From positions 1 through 64,000 of IMG/VR virus record IMGVR_UViG_3300009788_000003: a stretch of DNA of 64,000 nucleotides. The stretch is one strand, 5' to 3'. Position 1 is the stretch's first letter. Each line of letters starts with the position of its first letter. The notes under the pieces were generated by a model that worked only from the letters and a program-made list of their open reading frames with translations, was not told where the DNA came from and ran no database searches. The translations under genes were made by a program, and so were the position numbers. Of the stretch, positions 20,033 through 30,090 are shown piece after piece. The stretch is from a virus.

Positions 20033-21015
20033 TACGGAATCTTCTTATACGCATATGCCAGAAAACCAGAACTAGGGAGATTGTCTCTAGTGGCAGGGTC
20101 TTTCTTTTCAATTACTGGAAATATAACCCATTCATCCCCGCCAAAGAAAATCGATGTACTAGGAGAAACATTCTCCATATTGCACATCCTCAAATCGAAG
20201 GGCTTACCAACCGGAGTGCGTAACGTAGAACTCCTGAATATATGACAAGGCAACTGAAATAAAACCACAGTAGAGTTAAATGTATTCGGTTGTGCAGCCT
20301 TACTAGTACCAGATTTGACTTCCAAGAAATCTTCCAATGGATAACCTTGCGCTGAACCCTGCATAGGTGGATACCATTGTTCAGCACTATTAAAAGCCCG
20401 TGCTACCTTCCAAGAAAACCCATCGATATCAACATGCAAATATTGAAAGGGGAACCCCGTATTACCAATCTGTACCCAAGGCCAACCATGCTGAAAATTC
20501 ATCGGTTCATCGATGAACTGCGCGGCTTGATCGTGACAACAAGCCGTAACATATTCCCCGCCCGTATACGCACCAATCTTGTCAAGCAACCCAAAATGAA
20601 TATGCCTGAACTCGTTGGCAGTCGTTTCTACTACCACATGAATATAAGTCAAGGCAGGGTCAGTAAAGAAATGATAGGCAGTCATATTTGGAAGCAGCCA
20701 ATTTGTTTCCGCTGTTCCTGATGTTCCCGGTTGATCATCAACATCATTCGCGCCATTGAAACCAGTTGCCCCCCAAACATGAAGAAACGGATGATCTAGT
20801 GCTTGGTTGATTCCATGATAAACATTATTCCCACCCGTCAACTGCCCCGCAAAACTAAAGAAACTACTGCCTTTGGATAAGTATAATTCTGAACTTGCAC
20901 CATCACCACTTCCTGCCACTACTTTTTCTTGAGTCCAACCTGCGGTTACTGCAAAAACACTTATCTTTGCAAGTAGGTCATCAACATTTAATGCTGTTCC
21001 AGTTTGATATGTCAT
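20032..21015 (-). CDS. virion structural (tail) protein
   Basis: MTYQTGTA..GWT; FRHIHFG motif; synteny. Confidence 0.75.
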   Translation of the reverse strand: MTYQTGTALNVDDLLAKISVFAVTAGWTQEKVVAGSGDGASSELYLSKGSSFFSFAGQLTGGNNVYHGINQALDHPFLHVWGATGFNGANDVDDQPGTSGTAETNWLLPNMTAYHFFTDPALTYIHVVVETTANEFRHIHFGLLDKIGAYTGGEYVTACCHDQAAQFIDEPMNFQHGWPWVQIGNTGFPFQYLHVDIDGFSWKVARAFNSAEQWYPPMQGSAQGYPLEDFLEVKSGTSKAAQPNTFNSTVVLFQLPCHIFRSSTLRTPVGKPFDLRMCNMENVSPSTSIFFGGDEWVIFPVIEKKDPATRDNLPSSGFLAYAYKKIP

Positions 21016-22655
21016 GTGTCTAACCTCAAAGCTACGAAAGCATCGAATGTTAATCGGAAAATATCGGGGAAGCAGATATAGTCATCAGGGCCAATCGTTA
21101 TCGTATTTTCAGGCGTATTATTTTCACCTGATATATGAAACACCCCATCCAGTTCACCATACGCATTTGAATTTTTACCTAACTCGCCTGCGGGGGTTTC
21201 ATACTCAGCAAGAATACATGGGGTCAACGGATATGACCCATCAATACCTGCTGTTACTTTGGGTTGAAAATCATTAACTTTACTATTGCTTGCACCACCA
21301 TAAGGCCAAACATTTCTAAGATTAGTAGGTGTACCGGGAGATGTTCCATTGTGGTTTTCAAAAGTCAGCCATGCCCCGCTTGGGTCACGAACCTTCATGG
21401 CTTCTTGACCAACAGCAAAGAATCCCCTGAATCGATTATCAGTGTTAGTGAAATGCAAATTCGTAACTCCTATGTTCCCCATGACACACAACGGATAACC
21501 GTACTCAGCAGGCACACCATAAGGCAAAAACAGACCCATCATCATTGATGTATAAACCGTTGCCAGTTTTGTAACAACAATAAAATATCTGCCTGTAGCA
21601 ATAATCCAATATTCAAGAAGTCCATCGTCTATAACATAATAAGTGTTTGCGCTGTTGCTTGGCTGATTATCAAATTCTGCTGCATCATCAAATGCCACTG
21701 CCCCCTGAATTTTCCAATTGAAATATGGGGAAGAAACATTTTCCTTAATCCGCATACCTACAAAAATAGTATCAGCCGCAGCAAGTCCTTGTCCCGTTAA
21801 AAGAACGTGTCCACTAGGGGCAGTGTAAACAAGATCACCTGTAACACGGGTATCTATTTCCCCAACAGTGATATCCACCCCACCATTATTAGCGGTAAAA
21901 TCCCATCTCCAATAGAAGTGCCTACCGGGACTAGCAAGCGCACCAGTATGCGGAACACCAGAAACCGGATTCGCTCCTACCACCGTATCAGCAACCGTCC
22001 AGTTAATTCCATCATCCGACCATTCAACTGTCCAGTCTGCGGGTCTATCAAGGGGTTCTATAAATGATGGGTCTCCACCTGTTGACGAAAAAACTTGATA
22101 CGAATCGAACTCCACTGCATCATCATATTTAACTTGGTATACGGCAGCAGTAGCAGCCCTTCTTACAACCACTGAAAGCTGACTACCGTTCATCATTTCT
22201 ACTGGATTAGAAAAGTTGGTTCCTGTGAACACATCATTTTTATCAGGAGACCATCGATCTTGCCCCCACTCTTCCCCTGATGTAATCATTGCGCCTTCAG
22301 TAATAACCACCGTGAAAACATCAGTTATGATGAAATCAATCGGCCCATCATTAATCAGAAATTCAATCAGTCCACCCGCACCATCATAAAATTCCCCAAC
22401 CGTTGCATCAGCTTGAGCACCAGATGAAGAACCAACCACAGTGAAAGTGCCTACTCCAACACCACCACCTAGATTGCAAGTGATAGTCCAAGTCTCAGAT
22501 AAAGAAGGTGGGGGGGAAGCAACATCACTTATGGTTCCATCACCAGTTCCCGCATATCCCGGCGTAGGAAAAGTTCCATAGCCTGTTACAAATTGGCGAA
22601 CCTTGTTCATCAAATCTTTATGGTCATTGGCAAATAAGCCTTGTACGTTTGGCAT
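21012..22655 (-). CDS. virion structural (tail) protein with discoidin-like insert
   Basis: PADWTVEWSDDG..W motif; YGELDGV C-terminal motif. Confidence 0.75.
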   Translation of the reverse strand: MPNVQGLFANDHKDLMNKVRQFVTGYGTFPTPGYAGTGDGTISDVASPPPSLSETWTITCNLGGGVGVGTFTVVGSSSGAQADATVGEFYDGAGGLIEFLINDGPIDFIITDVFTVVITEGAMITSGEEWGQDRWSPDKNDVFTGTNFSNPVEMMNGSQLSVVVRRAATAAVYQVKYDDAVEFDSYQVFSSTGGDPSFIEPLDRPADWTVEWSDDGINWTVADTVVGANPVSGVPHTGALASPGRHFYWRWDFTANNGGVDITVGEIDTRVTGDLVYTAPSGHVLLTGQGLAAADTIFVGMRIKENVSSPYFNWKIQGAVAFDDAAEFDNQPSNSANTYYVIDDGLLEYWIIATGRYFIVVTKLATVYTSMMMGLFLPYGVPAEYGYPLCVMGNIGVTNLHFTNTDNRFRGFFAVGQEAMKVRDPSGAWLTFENHNGTSPGTPTNLRNVWPYGGASNSKVNDFQPKVTAGIDGSYPLTPCILAEYETPAGELGKNSNAYGELDGVFHISGENNTPENTITIGPDDYICFPDIFRLTFDAFVALRLDT

Positions 22656-22663
22656 TTCTTTTC

Positions 22664-25600
22664 CTACCTCAAATATTGTTTAACTTGTCCTGCATTCCTA
22701 CGCATGATATTCAAAACCACTGTTTCATTTTCAGAGCTAGATGAAAATTCTTTAGCAGCTTCCATATCGGGAACATTGATTATTCGTAGTGAAGATAATC
22801 CTTCCGTTTTTTCAGGGCTTTGGGAACCAGAATCCACAACACCACCTTCTTGAAATCTCATTTTGCGGGGTCTACTGATTGCAAAATTTGGAAGTCCTTT
22901 TGTGTTCACATCCAACTTCAATCTGTTAATTGCTTCCATGAAATTCAAACCGTATTTCTGCACAGCCGCAGCATTGTGGACATACTCCCCATCACTTACC
23001 ATTGCATGAATAGAATCTGAAGTTGAAGTTCCCCTTCCTTGAACTCTACCCCCACCTGCAAACCCAAGTTGTCCCTGTTGGTTCAATTGAAACAGACCAC
23101 CCTTAGAACCTAACCCCGCAAGGAAAGTCCCAAAGGCTCCACCCGCACCACCCGCAGCACCAAGCGCAGCATTAACAGCGCGGAGTGCCAGAGCACGAAG
23201 AATCATCTGGGCAATCTGGGCAATGAAACTTCTAGCAAAATCAGAGAAAGCATCCTTAGCACTTTTAGTCCCATCGATAATAGATGTGAAAGCACCAGTT
23301 AAATCATCTACTGCTGATGCTCTTATTTTTTCAAAATTAACATTCGCCACCCGTCCTAGTTCTTCAATTTCAACTCCAATATTACGAATGCTTATAGCTA
23401 CTGCTTCATCTTTGGCAGTTTCATTAAATGCAATTTGAGCATCCCGCAATAGTGTTAAGTCTTGAATGGCTTTCTGATTAGCAGCAAAAATATTTGCCCC
23501 TAATTCAAATTCAGTATCTTCCCCTGATTCTACTCTTCTTTCTGCTGCAACAATTTCTTGTTCCCGTGCAAACCGAATTGCTTCCAATCTCTTAGCAAAC
23601 AAATCTTTCTGTGCTTTTAATTCCGCTTTATCTTTTTTGTCTTGCGCTGTTTTCGCTTTATCAGCAGCCGTATTTATGGCTTTAGTTGCTTTAGCAGAAT
23701 TTTCTGCCCTAATTTGTGTTTCCCTTAATCCCAATTCTTTTAGGTGGTTAGTTAAACTAAGTAACTCCTTTTCCTGATTCAAATCTTGTGTGACTTGTTG
23801 TGATGCAAACGCAGCTTTAATAGCAGTTAATTCTTTATCAGAATTTGCTTCTAGTTCTGCAATCGTTGCTGATCTAGCTAATTCTTCATCAGCTTGTTTG
23901 TTAAGTGCAATTTGGGCAGCAATTTTTTGCTCAGTAATCGCAACTTCAGCATCAAGATTCGCAAGGGCTAATTTTAATAATCCTTCATAATATTGTTGAA
24001 CTGATATATCTCTATCTTCAAGTCCTTTATCCAATATAGCCTTTTCTATTTTTTGAATTTCATCTGCTGTACTCTTAGCTAATTCCAGTGCTGCTAATGC
24101 GGAAGCTTCCTCAAGATTTTTCTTGGCATTAATAGCATCAAGTTCTGCTGCTGTTTGTTTAGCTACCAACGCAGCAAGATCATCTGCATCTTTTTCAGCA
24201 GCCTTTTTTTCCCTTTCCAATTGAGCAAGTTTTAATTCCGTAAGTCTTTCAAGCTTGGCTTCTTGGATAGCTATTTCAGCATTAGCTGCTTCTAAAATAT
24301 CTTCTTGTTCACCTACATCAATCCCACTAATAAATTCCCCGGTTTCACTTGCAATAAATCCCGTTTGTTCAGATGCACTATCAATTGCTTCTTGAGCAGC
24401 TTCAGCTTTTGCCTTAAGTGCATCTAAACTTTGTTGGGCTTGAATAGTCCGTACATTAATATCAGCAGACCTAAACCCTTCTACCGTTGATTCAACATCC
24501 AAAACTGCTTGTTCAATCTCACGTAAAACATCAACAGTTTCTTTTGCATCAGTCTTAGCAAATGCAAGCAACGCTAAACCGAAACCAATAATCCATCCTA
24601 ACGGGCCTAACGCCCCAAGAACAGTTGTCCTTAAAATAACAAATGCACGGTTCAATCCAGTAAGGCCAACCGCTGCTGCTCTGGCAGCAGTTACCGCAGT
24701 ACCCAAACCAGTAGCTAAACTAGCTAAAAATCCAAGTACCTTAAGTCCTATCAAAGCAAATAAAACGAATCTCAGAGATTCAACAGCATCAGCTATTTGC
24801 CTGAATAGAACTGCATCTTTATCAAGGGGGTCTTGGATTCCCGCAAAGGTTCTAATCACCCCCGTTGCAATTACGGTCAACCTTCGTAGAGACCCAAGCA
24901 GCCCATCATCCCTAGTACCCGTTTGTAATAGCAATTCTGTAAATGCAGATGTAAGTCCTTTTATTTCACCTGTCAAAGAATTAGATCGTATTGCTGCTTG
25001 TCCTGCTGCTTCACCCGCACCTTCAAAGGCAGCTTGTGCTTTAGCTACGGTTTCATTCAATTCAATCAGGTCTTCATTCTGAGATACGATAGCCAGAATT
25101 GCGGGTGCGCCCCTTTGACCAAATACATCTAGTGCATCACCTGCACCCAAAGTAGTATTTGAAAGACGTTCAATGATGTCAGAAAGACTATTAGTAGCAG
25201 GATTAACTTGATCAAATGTCAATCCTAAATCATCAAGCAGCTTGGAAGTTTTGTCGGTGCGTGTTCCCAGAACAGCAAGCACCCTTCTTAAACCAGTACC
25301 CGCAGTAGATGCTTGAATACCTGCATTACCCAGAACACCAAGAGCAGCAGAAGATTCTTCGATTGACTGTCCAAAGGCAGCAGCAACAGGGGCAACAAAA
25401 GCAAGTGCTTCACCCAACTGTTGAACAGAAGTATTTGAATTCGCAGCAGTGGCAGCTAATACATCCGCAACCCTTCCCGCTTCAGAAGTGTCTATGTTAA
25501 AACCAGACAGTACATTTGAAGCAATGTCAGCAGCTTCAGCTAAACCAAGACCACCCGCAGCAGCAAGATTCAACGTACCTTCAAGGGCAGCTATTTGTTC

Positions 25601-26020
25601 GTTGGCATCAAAACCCGCACGGGCTAAGAACTCTAAACCTTGCGCTGCTTCAGTCGCACTAAATACAGTTGTTGCACCCAACCTTCGGGCTTCTTCATTT
25701 AAGTTCTTAAATTCAACATCCGTAACCCCTTTCGTAACGGCACGAACATTCTGCATAGCCTGATCGAATCTGGCAATCTCTTTAATTGCATTCGCAAATA
25801 AGGCTATACCTCCTAGAGTGACTAACACTCTCGTTAAAGCACTTCCTGCGGATGAAGCCTTTTTAAAACCTGCGGCAAGGGCATTCCCACCAGAACCGGG
25901 CTTACCCCCTCGGAATTTTTGTACTTCATCATTGAGTTTCTTAACATCCTTTTGAACTTGCTTAAGCTGCTTAGTAGCTAAGTTCTGAGCGTCAATAATT
26001 ATTTGAAGTCTGGTAGCCAT
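22664..26020 (-). CDS. tail tape measure protein (TP901 family)
   Basis: FSATEAAQGLEFLARAG, GIQASTAGT, AGGGRV.G.GTSTSDSI motifs; 1118 aa, helical. Confidence 0.95.
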   Translation of the reverse strand: MATRLQIIIDAQNLATKQLKQVQKDVKKLNDEVQKFRGGKPGSGGNALAAGFKKASSAGSALTRVLVTLGGIALFANAIKEIARFDQAMQNVRAVTKGVTDVEFKNLNEEARRLGATTVFSATEAAQGLEFLARAGFDANEQIAALEGTLNLAAAGGLGLAEAADIASNVLSGFNIDTSEAGRVADVLAATAANSNTSVQQLGEALAFVAPVAAAFGQSIEESSAALGVLGNAGIQASTAGTGLRRVLAVLGTRTDKTSKLLDDLGLTFDQVNPATNSLSDIIERLSNTTLGAGDALDVFGQRGAPAILAIVSQNEDLIELNETVAKAQAAFEGAGEAAGQAAIRSNSLTGEIKGLTSAFTELLLQTGTRDDGLLGSLRRLTVIATGVIRTFAGIQDPLDKDAVLFRQIADAVESLRFVLFALIGLKVLGFLASLATGLGTAVTAARAAAVGLTGLNRAFVILRTTVLGALGPLGWIIGFGLALLAFAKTDAKETVDVLREIEQAVLDVESTVEGFRSADINVRTIQAQQSLDALKAKAEAAQEAIDSASEQTGFIASETGEFISGIDVGEQEDILEAANAEIAIQEAKLERLTELKLAQLEREKKAAEKDADDLAALVAKQTAAELDAINAKKNLEEASALAALELAKSTADEIQKIEKAILDKGLEDRDISVQQYYEGLLKLALANLDAEVAITEQKIAAQIALNKQADEELARSATIAELEANSDKELTAIKAAFASQQVTQDLNQEKELLSLTNHLKELGLRETQIRAENSAKATKAINTAADKAKTAQDKKDKAELKAQKDLFAKRLEAIRFAREQEIVAAERRVESGEDTEFELGANIFAANQKAIQDLTLLRDAQIAFNETAKDEAVAISIRNIGVEIEELGRVANVNFEKIRASAVDDLTGAFTSIIDGTKSAKDAFSDFARSFIAQIAQMILRALALRAVNAALGAAGGAGGAFGTFLAGLGSKGGLFQLNQQGQLGFAGGGRVQGRGTSTSDSIHAMVSDGEYVHNAAAVQKYGLNFMEAINRLKLDVNTKGLPNFAISRPRKMRFQEGGVVDSGSQSPEKTEGLSSLRIINVPDMEAAKEFSSSSENETVVLNIMRRNAGQVKQYLR

Positions 26021-26024
26021 TGAT

Positions 26025-26348
26025 TTAACCTAAGTCTTTTAAAGCACGTTTGTACTGTTTGTTATCAGCATGATATGCCATACGCATTACTCCCATCTGA
26101 TCAGCATATTCCCCACGCTTTCTTTTATTGGCTAAATAGAAGAAGGTAATTGCTTGGCATAGGGTATAACTTAATGCATTAATGTGACCGTGAGAAAGTA
26201 GGTATTCCCCTACCTGTGCGTAATATAATTTCCAATCTGTTACTATCCTTGCGTCTTCAGCGTCTTTCTGCTTTTTGGTCTTTACTTTGATTCCATCTTT
26301 TCCGCTAATTTCGGGATAAGTCCTTGTATCCTTTCTATCAGCTTTTTT
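26025..26348 (-). CDS. tail assembly chaperone GT extension (-1 frameshift)
   Basis: slippery A AAA AAG at 26348-26342; -1 frame open to TAA at 26025 (LLSHGH..SYTLCQ). Confidence 0.8.
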   Translation of the reverse strand, partial: KKADRKDTRTYPEISGKDGIKVKTKKQKDAEDARIVTDWKLYYAQVGEYLLSHGHINALSYTLCQAITFFYLANKRKRGEYADQMGVMRMAYHADNKQYKRALKDLG

Positions 26349-26662
26349 AGCGCATCATAATCCGGTATTGTCAAATCCCAACATTTTTCAAAAGCAGTCA
26401 GTTGGGTAGTAAAAGGAAGGGAAGCTATTTTTTCCCACTCATCAGGTTCATTTGCAGAAAGGGCAACAACTTTAGCCATGAATTCAGGATACTGATCGGC
26501 AATAGAACCTAGTTCTAATCTGCTTTCCATCAGGGCTTCAAGTGGTTCTTTGTATTCTCCTATCAGCTTACCAAGATGTGTCAGGGTTAAACCCTGCACT
26601 TCAAACGATTGATCATTTGGCAGATCGATTTTTTCGGTCTGCACAACAATATCTTTAAGCAT
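26282..26662 (-). CDS. tail assembly chaperone G
   Basis: between major tail and tape measure genes, carries the slippery site. Confidence 0.85.
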   Translation of the reverse strand: MLKDIVVQTEKIDLPNDQSFEVQGLTLTHLGKLIGEYKEPLEALMESRLELGSIADQYPEFMAKVVALSANEPDEWEKIASLPFTTQLTAFEKCWDLTIPDYDALKKLIERIQGLIPKLAEKMESK

Positions 26663-26690
26663 GGTCTCATCTCATTGTGATTTAAAACAA

Positions 26691-26710
26691 GGGGGGAATT
26701 TCAACCCCCC
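26691..26710 (-). terminator. intrinsic terminator after major tail gene
   Basis: G6...C6 hairpin followed by TTGTTTT on the minus strand. Confidence 0.65.
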
Positions 26711-26717
26711 AGAATTA

Positions 26718-26735
26718 TTTGATACTAAGGTCAAA
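26718..26735 (+). promoter_or_regulatory. 18-bp dispersed box
   Basis: TTTGATACTAAGGTCAAA. Confidence 0.75.
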
Positions 26736-26736
26736 C

Positions 26737-27510
26737 TTAGTTAGTTGTAATCTGCCTTATAGTGAAATACTGGCTTCCACTTGACCGGGTTGGGTCAGTA
26801 AGGGCAGATGCTTCTACCACCATTTCGGCAAGTTCTTCATTGATCAATGCCAGTTCTGCCAGTGGTTGAATTGAGCCTTTGTAAATATCGATTACAACAG
26901 GGTTTTCAGCATCAGCAGTATTCAGACCTTCAAAGCGAATCCAACGCTCAGGGGCAACAGAAGAAATGATTGCTTCAATTTGGTCATAACCTGCATGATC
27001 GTAATCGACAAAGATAACTTGAAGATCAGTGATTGCGCCAGTGCTCAGGACTTTGATTGAACCCGTTTCCGCATTCAGTTCATAGTCAGTGTCCAGAACG
27101 TAAGTGATAGTCGGGGTTGCATCATCACCGACAATAACTGAAGACACTTTGATGTGATCAAGTGACGCCCACTTGTCATGCTGAGCAGTAAGCAGTTCAT
27201 CAGAAATGGAAGCACCCACAACAGCAGCAGTTGTGCCGTAAAGGGCAAGGGCAAGATTGTCATTGTCGATAGATTCCATTGTCATTGCAATGGTCACAAT
27301 AGTTTCCTGCACGATTTCTTTATCGATACCCCGCACACCAGTACATGATTCTTTGTGTTGGAATACGGTTGTCTCTACACCGATTGTAAGGGCAGACACG
27401 TTACCAACAGGACGAAAACCTTCTGGTTCTCCCGTAACAGGGTCTTTCGTTGCAACCAGTACAGAGCCTTGACCGGAGAAATATTGATTAGTTACGCATG
27501 AATTAGTCAT
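26737..27510 (-). CDS. major tail protein
   Basis: YFSGQG.V...VGNVS, RFEGLNTA motifs. Confidence 0.85.
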   Translation of the reverse strand: MTNSCVTNQYFSGQGSVLVATKDPVTGEPEGFRPVGNVSALTIGVETTVFQHKESCTGVRGIDKEIVQETIVTIAMTMESIDNDNLALALYGTTAAVVGASISDELLTAQHDKWASLDHIKVSSVIVGDDATPTITYVLDTDYELNAETGSIKVLSTGAITDLQVIFVDYDHAGYDQIEAIISSVAPERWIRFEGLNTADAENPVVIDIYKGSIQPLAELALINEELAEMVVEASALTDPTRSSGSQYFTIRQITTN

Positions 27511-27527
27511 TTATCAAACCTCTATAT

Positions 27528-27737
27528 TTAAGAAATAATGCCCCGTGCTCTTAATTTCCTTGCCGAAGCAGGGTTATCAAAGACAATGACATCACCAGAT
27601 TTATACGAGACACCCCTATGAGTGTGTGCCGCAACTACAACAGTACCAGTGTCTTCTGCTTCATCAATAACAGATTCAGCATCAACACTCGCATCATTGT
27701 CGGAGTCCTTAACTTTCAGCTTTTTCTTACGAGCCAT
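27528..27737 (-). CDS. hypothetical virion protein
   Basis: HTHRG..Y..GD.I motif; GAGG SD. Confidence 0.6.
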   Translation of the reverse strand: MARKKKLKVKDSDNDASVDAESVIDEAEDTGTVVVAAHTHRGVSYKSGDVIVFDNPASARKLRARGIIS

Positions 27738-27762
27738 AAAAAAACCTCAAATAGTTATCGTG

Positions 27763-27780
27763 AGACTACAACTACCTAAC
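27763..27780 (-). promoter_or_regulatory. candidate late promoter GTTAGG-N6-TAGTCT
   Basis: aligned motif upstream of tail genes. Confidence 0.55.
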
Positions 27781-27786
27781 ATCAAA

Positions 27787-28218
27787 TTAAAGTATTATTT
27801 GATATGCTGTAACCCATCTTTGCCTATAAATCAACTTATCATCCACCCCAAAACTAGGGGATTCAGATTCCAGATTCCAACTTCTTGTAGTAGCACTGGT
27901 ATTACATGCCATTGCTTTTCTTAATCTTTGGAGAATTTCCGTTGCTGTGGGAACAACATTGAGACCTTGAACTTGGTTTAATGATTCAGCTTTTGCCACC
28001 AAATACAGATCAAAAACAACATCATGCTTCTTACCTGCTATACGCATTCCCGCATAATGAAAAATCAGACAAGGCAAAGACAACCGTGTATGTGCTGCAC
28101 TTAATTGGGATGGGTCATAGAGATACAGGGATTTTTTATTTAGCTCAGACACAGTATTTACCTGAGTTTCAATATCCTCCTTCAGTGCCGTAATAACATC
28201 TGTTGCTGTAGTGGTCAT
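27787..28218 (-). CDS. tail terminator-like protein
   Basis: size and position before major tail. Confidence 0.6.
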   Translation of the reverse strand: MTTTATDVITALKEDIETQVNTVSELNKKSLYLYDPSQLSAAHTRLSLPCLIFHYAGMRIAGKKHDVVFDLYLVAKAESLNQVQGLNVVPTATEILQRLRKAMACNTSATTRSWNLESESPSFGVDDKLIYRQRWVTAYQIIL

Positions 28219-28658
28219 CGTAGTGCAAGTTTAACACGAGCCTCAATTATTCTTTTAACTCCTTCTTCATCTTCAGGACTTATTCCCAGAAATTCCCGCT
28301 TTGGAAATTGAACCCCATCAACTTCAAGACCAAATTGATGTATGTCTGCATAAGGAAGATCGGTAGAAATGATTCTTACTCCCGGCCCTCCCCGTGTCAA
28401 TTCAATGCTGTTGAATAAATCACCTGAATCAAATAAGGTTCCCCCACCAAGACCACCTGCTTGTCTATTCTTGGCAGCTTGGGATACTTCCCATGTGGTT
28501 CCATCAGTGGCTTCCTGTCTTAAGAATCTGGTTTTGATTTGATTGAGGATGAAGGCTCCCGCAGCATCTAAAATATCTTCCGTGTTGGTTGCCAACTCCA
28601 TAGCATTAAGTGCCTTCTGGATGTCTTCAAACCCTTCTGCGAGAATACTTGCAGCCAT
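28215..28658 (-). CDS. virion morphogenesis / tail completion protein (Mu gpG-like)
   Basis: L.DSG.L.NSI...YA.IHQFG...P.REFLG. Confidence 0.85.
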   Translation of the reverse strand: MAASILAEGFEDIQKALNAMELATNTEDILDAAGAFILNQIKTRFLRQEATDGTTWEVSQAAKNRQAGGLGGGTLFDSGDLFNSIELTRGGPGVRIISTDLPYADIHQFGLEVDGVQFPKREFLGISPEDEEGVKRIIEARVKLALR

Positions 28659-28659
28659 T

Positions 28660-29328
28660 TTAGAACTGGTCTATTGGGTCTAAATGCAGGGGGGCAACAC
28701 GAATATTATTATCAACCAGATAAGCCAGATTCCCAGAGAAAGCATCCGCAGGAACATCTTTGGAAGGATTGGTTAGTTGATATATTTCCCGCGCCTTAAT
28801 TAATCCCGCTTCCTTAAGCCACTCAGGAACACCATCATAAATCCTACCGTCTTCCGTGCTAATGTTGGCAAACCCATGATCGTAGGTGATACGAAATAAA
28901 TATTCAAAAAAGAAATCTGGAATTCTTCGACTAATGGTTATCAGATCACTATTGAAACCAGTGACATCAAATTTAACGGTTCCTTTGTCGGTATTGATCT
29001 TCAGAAATTTGGGGTCAATCGAAGTGGCATTAACTAAATCGTCTTCCGTGATTCCAAACAGAACATCCACAGAATTAGTGGTTTCATCAATGAAGGCATT
29101 AGTAACACGAAACTTTAAATACCGTTCACCACGTACTGCGGTATCCCGGTCAATCAGAAAGTCCTCAATAACAGCAACCCCCGCATCAAGTTCACCCAAT
29201 CGAAAAATATCTTTAAGTTGGATAGTCGCAGACTTTAACGATTCGTATAGCAGGGGTCTTAATCCCTGTGCATCAATGGCATTAATACGAAGAATTAAGT
29301 CATCTACTGATGCAAGGGGAAGTGTCAT
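28660..29328 (-). CDS. head-tail adaptor protein
   Basis: ITY.HGF...VPEWLKEA motif; synteny. Confidence 0.65.
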   Translation of the reverse strand: MTLPLASVDDLILRINAIDAQGLRPLLYESLKSATIQLKDIFRLGELDAGVAVIEDFLIDRDTAVRGERYLKFRVTNAFIDETTNSVDVLFGITEDDLVNATSIDPKFLKINTDKGTVKFDVTGFNSDLITISRRIPDFFFEYLFRITYDHGFANISTEDGRIYDGVPEWLKEAGLIKAREIYQLTNPSKDVPADAFSGNLAYLVDNNIRVAPLHLDPIDQF

Positions 29329-29331
29329 AAA

Positions 29332-29712
29332 TTAAACCTGTACTACGTTGCTTGATTTCTCAGTTTTGGCAGTCGGCTTTTTCAGCTTGGGGGATTTTTT
29401 CTTTGCCGTACTTTTCTTTGCTGCGGATTTCTTCGGTTTGGTACTAACCTGTTTTAGTGGTTGCGCCTCTCCTGCCACCGATACTTGTTTTGGAACAACA
29501 GGGGCATCAGGAACGTAATCTTCAATTTGAAGACTGACTACCGGAACACTCCCAACATTGGCAGGGTCAACAATACCGAACATGGGCATATCTTTGTCCA
29601 TCAAACTACAAAGAGTCATACCCATATCTTCGGGTACATCGTAGATACGCGCCTTCCGATATAGGAAGTTATCTTTTAGGAATCTTTTTGCAACAGTTAA
29701 ACGAACTAACAT
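29332..29712 (-). CDS. hypothetical protein with Lys-rich C-terminus
   Basis: ORF in head module. Confidence 0.65.
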   Translation of the reverse strand: MLVRLTVAKRFLKDNFLYRKARIYDVPEDMGMTLCSLMDKDMPMFGIVDPANVGSVPVVSLQIEDYVPDAPVVPKQVSVAGEAQPLKQVSTKPKKSAAKKSTAKKKSPKLKKPTAKTEKSSNVVQV

Positions 29713-29740
29713 GGTAATTAACCTCTCAGTCTCATTAAAA

Positions 29741-29766
29741 GTAAGACCCGTATTTCAGGGTCTTAC
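29741..29766 (-). terminator. intrinsic terminator
   Basis: GTAAGACCC...GGGTCTTAC hairpin plus T-run. Confidence 0.7.
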
Positions 29767-29781
29767 CATACTAACAAGAGA

Positions 29782-30030
29782 TTAGAAAATTACAATATCA
29801 ATCGTATCGTCTGCGGCCCAATCAACACCACCAGTATTGTCAATACTAACAACATCAGTACCGACAGTAATAAGACCGTCCCATGCGACAAGAACACCTA
29901 CTCTTCGCACTGTGACAAGCGCACCAGTAGCAGCAGATGAATCCGTATTAAAAGCAATGACCGCATCAGAAACATTCCCGGCAGTGACAACGTGCCGAAG
30001 ACCTAAACATTTACCCATTTCCATCTTCAT
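29782..30030 (-). CDS. putative capsid decoration protein
   Basis: small beta-rich ORF directly after MCP, GAGGA SD. Confidence 0.5.
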   Translation of the reverse strand: MKMEMGKCLGLRHVVTAGNVSDAVIAFNTDSSAATGALVTVRRVGVLVAWDGLITVGTDVVSIDNTGGVDWAADDTIDIVIF

Positions 30031-30090
30031 ATCCTCTTAAGTTGAAGGGATTGAATCAGGGGGAATTACTCCCCCCCATTTCAACTCGGA

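Noticed and set aside
26718-26735. 18-bp box as an FNR site
   Set aside because: FNR is TTGAT-N4-ATCAA; here the spacer is 6 nt and itself conserved
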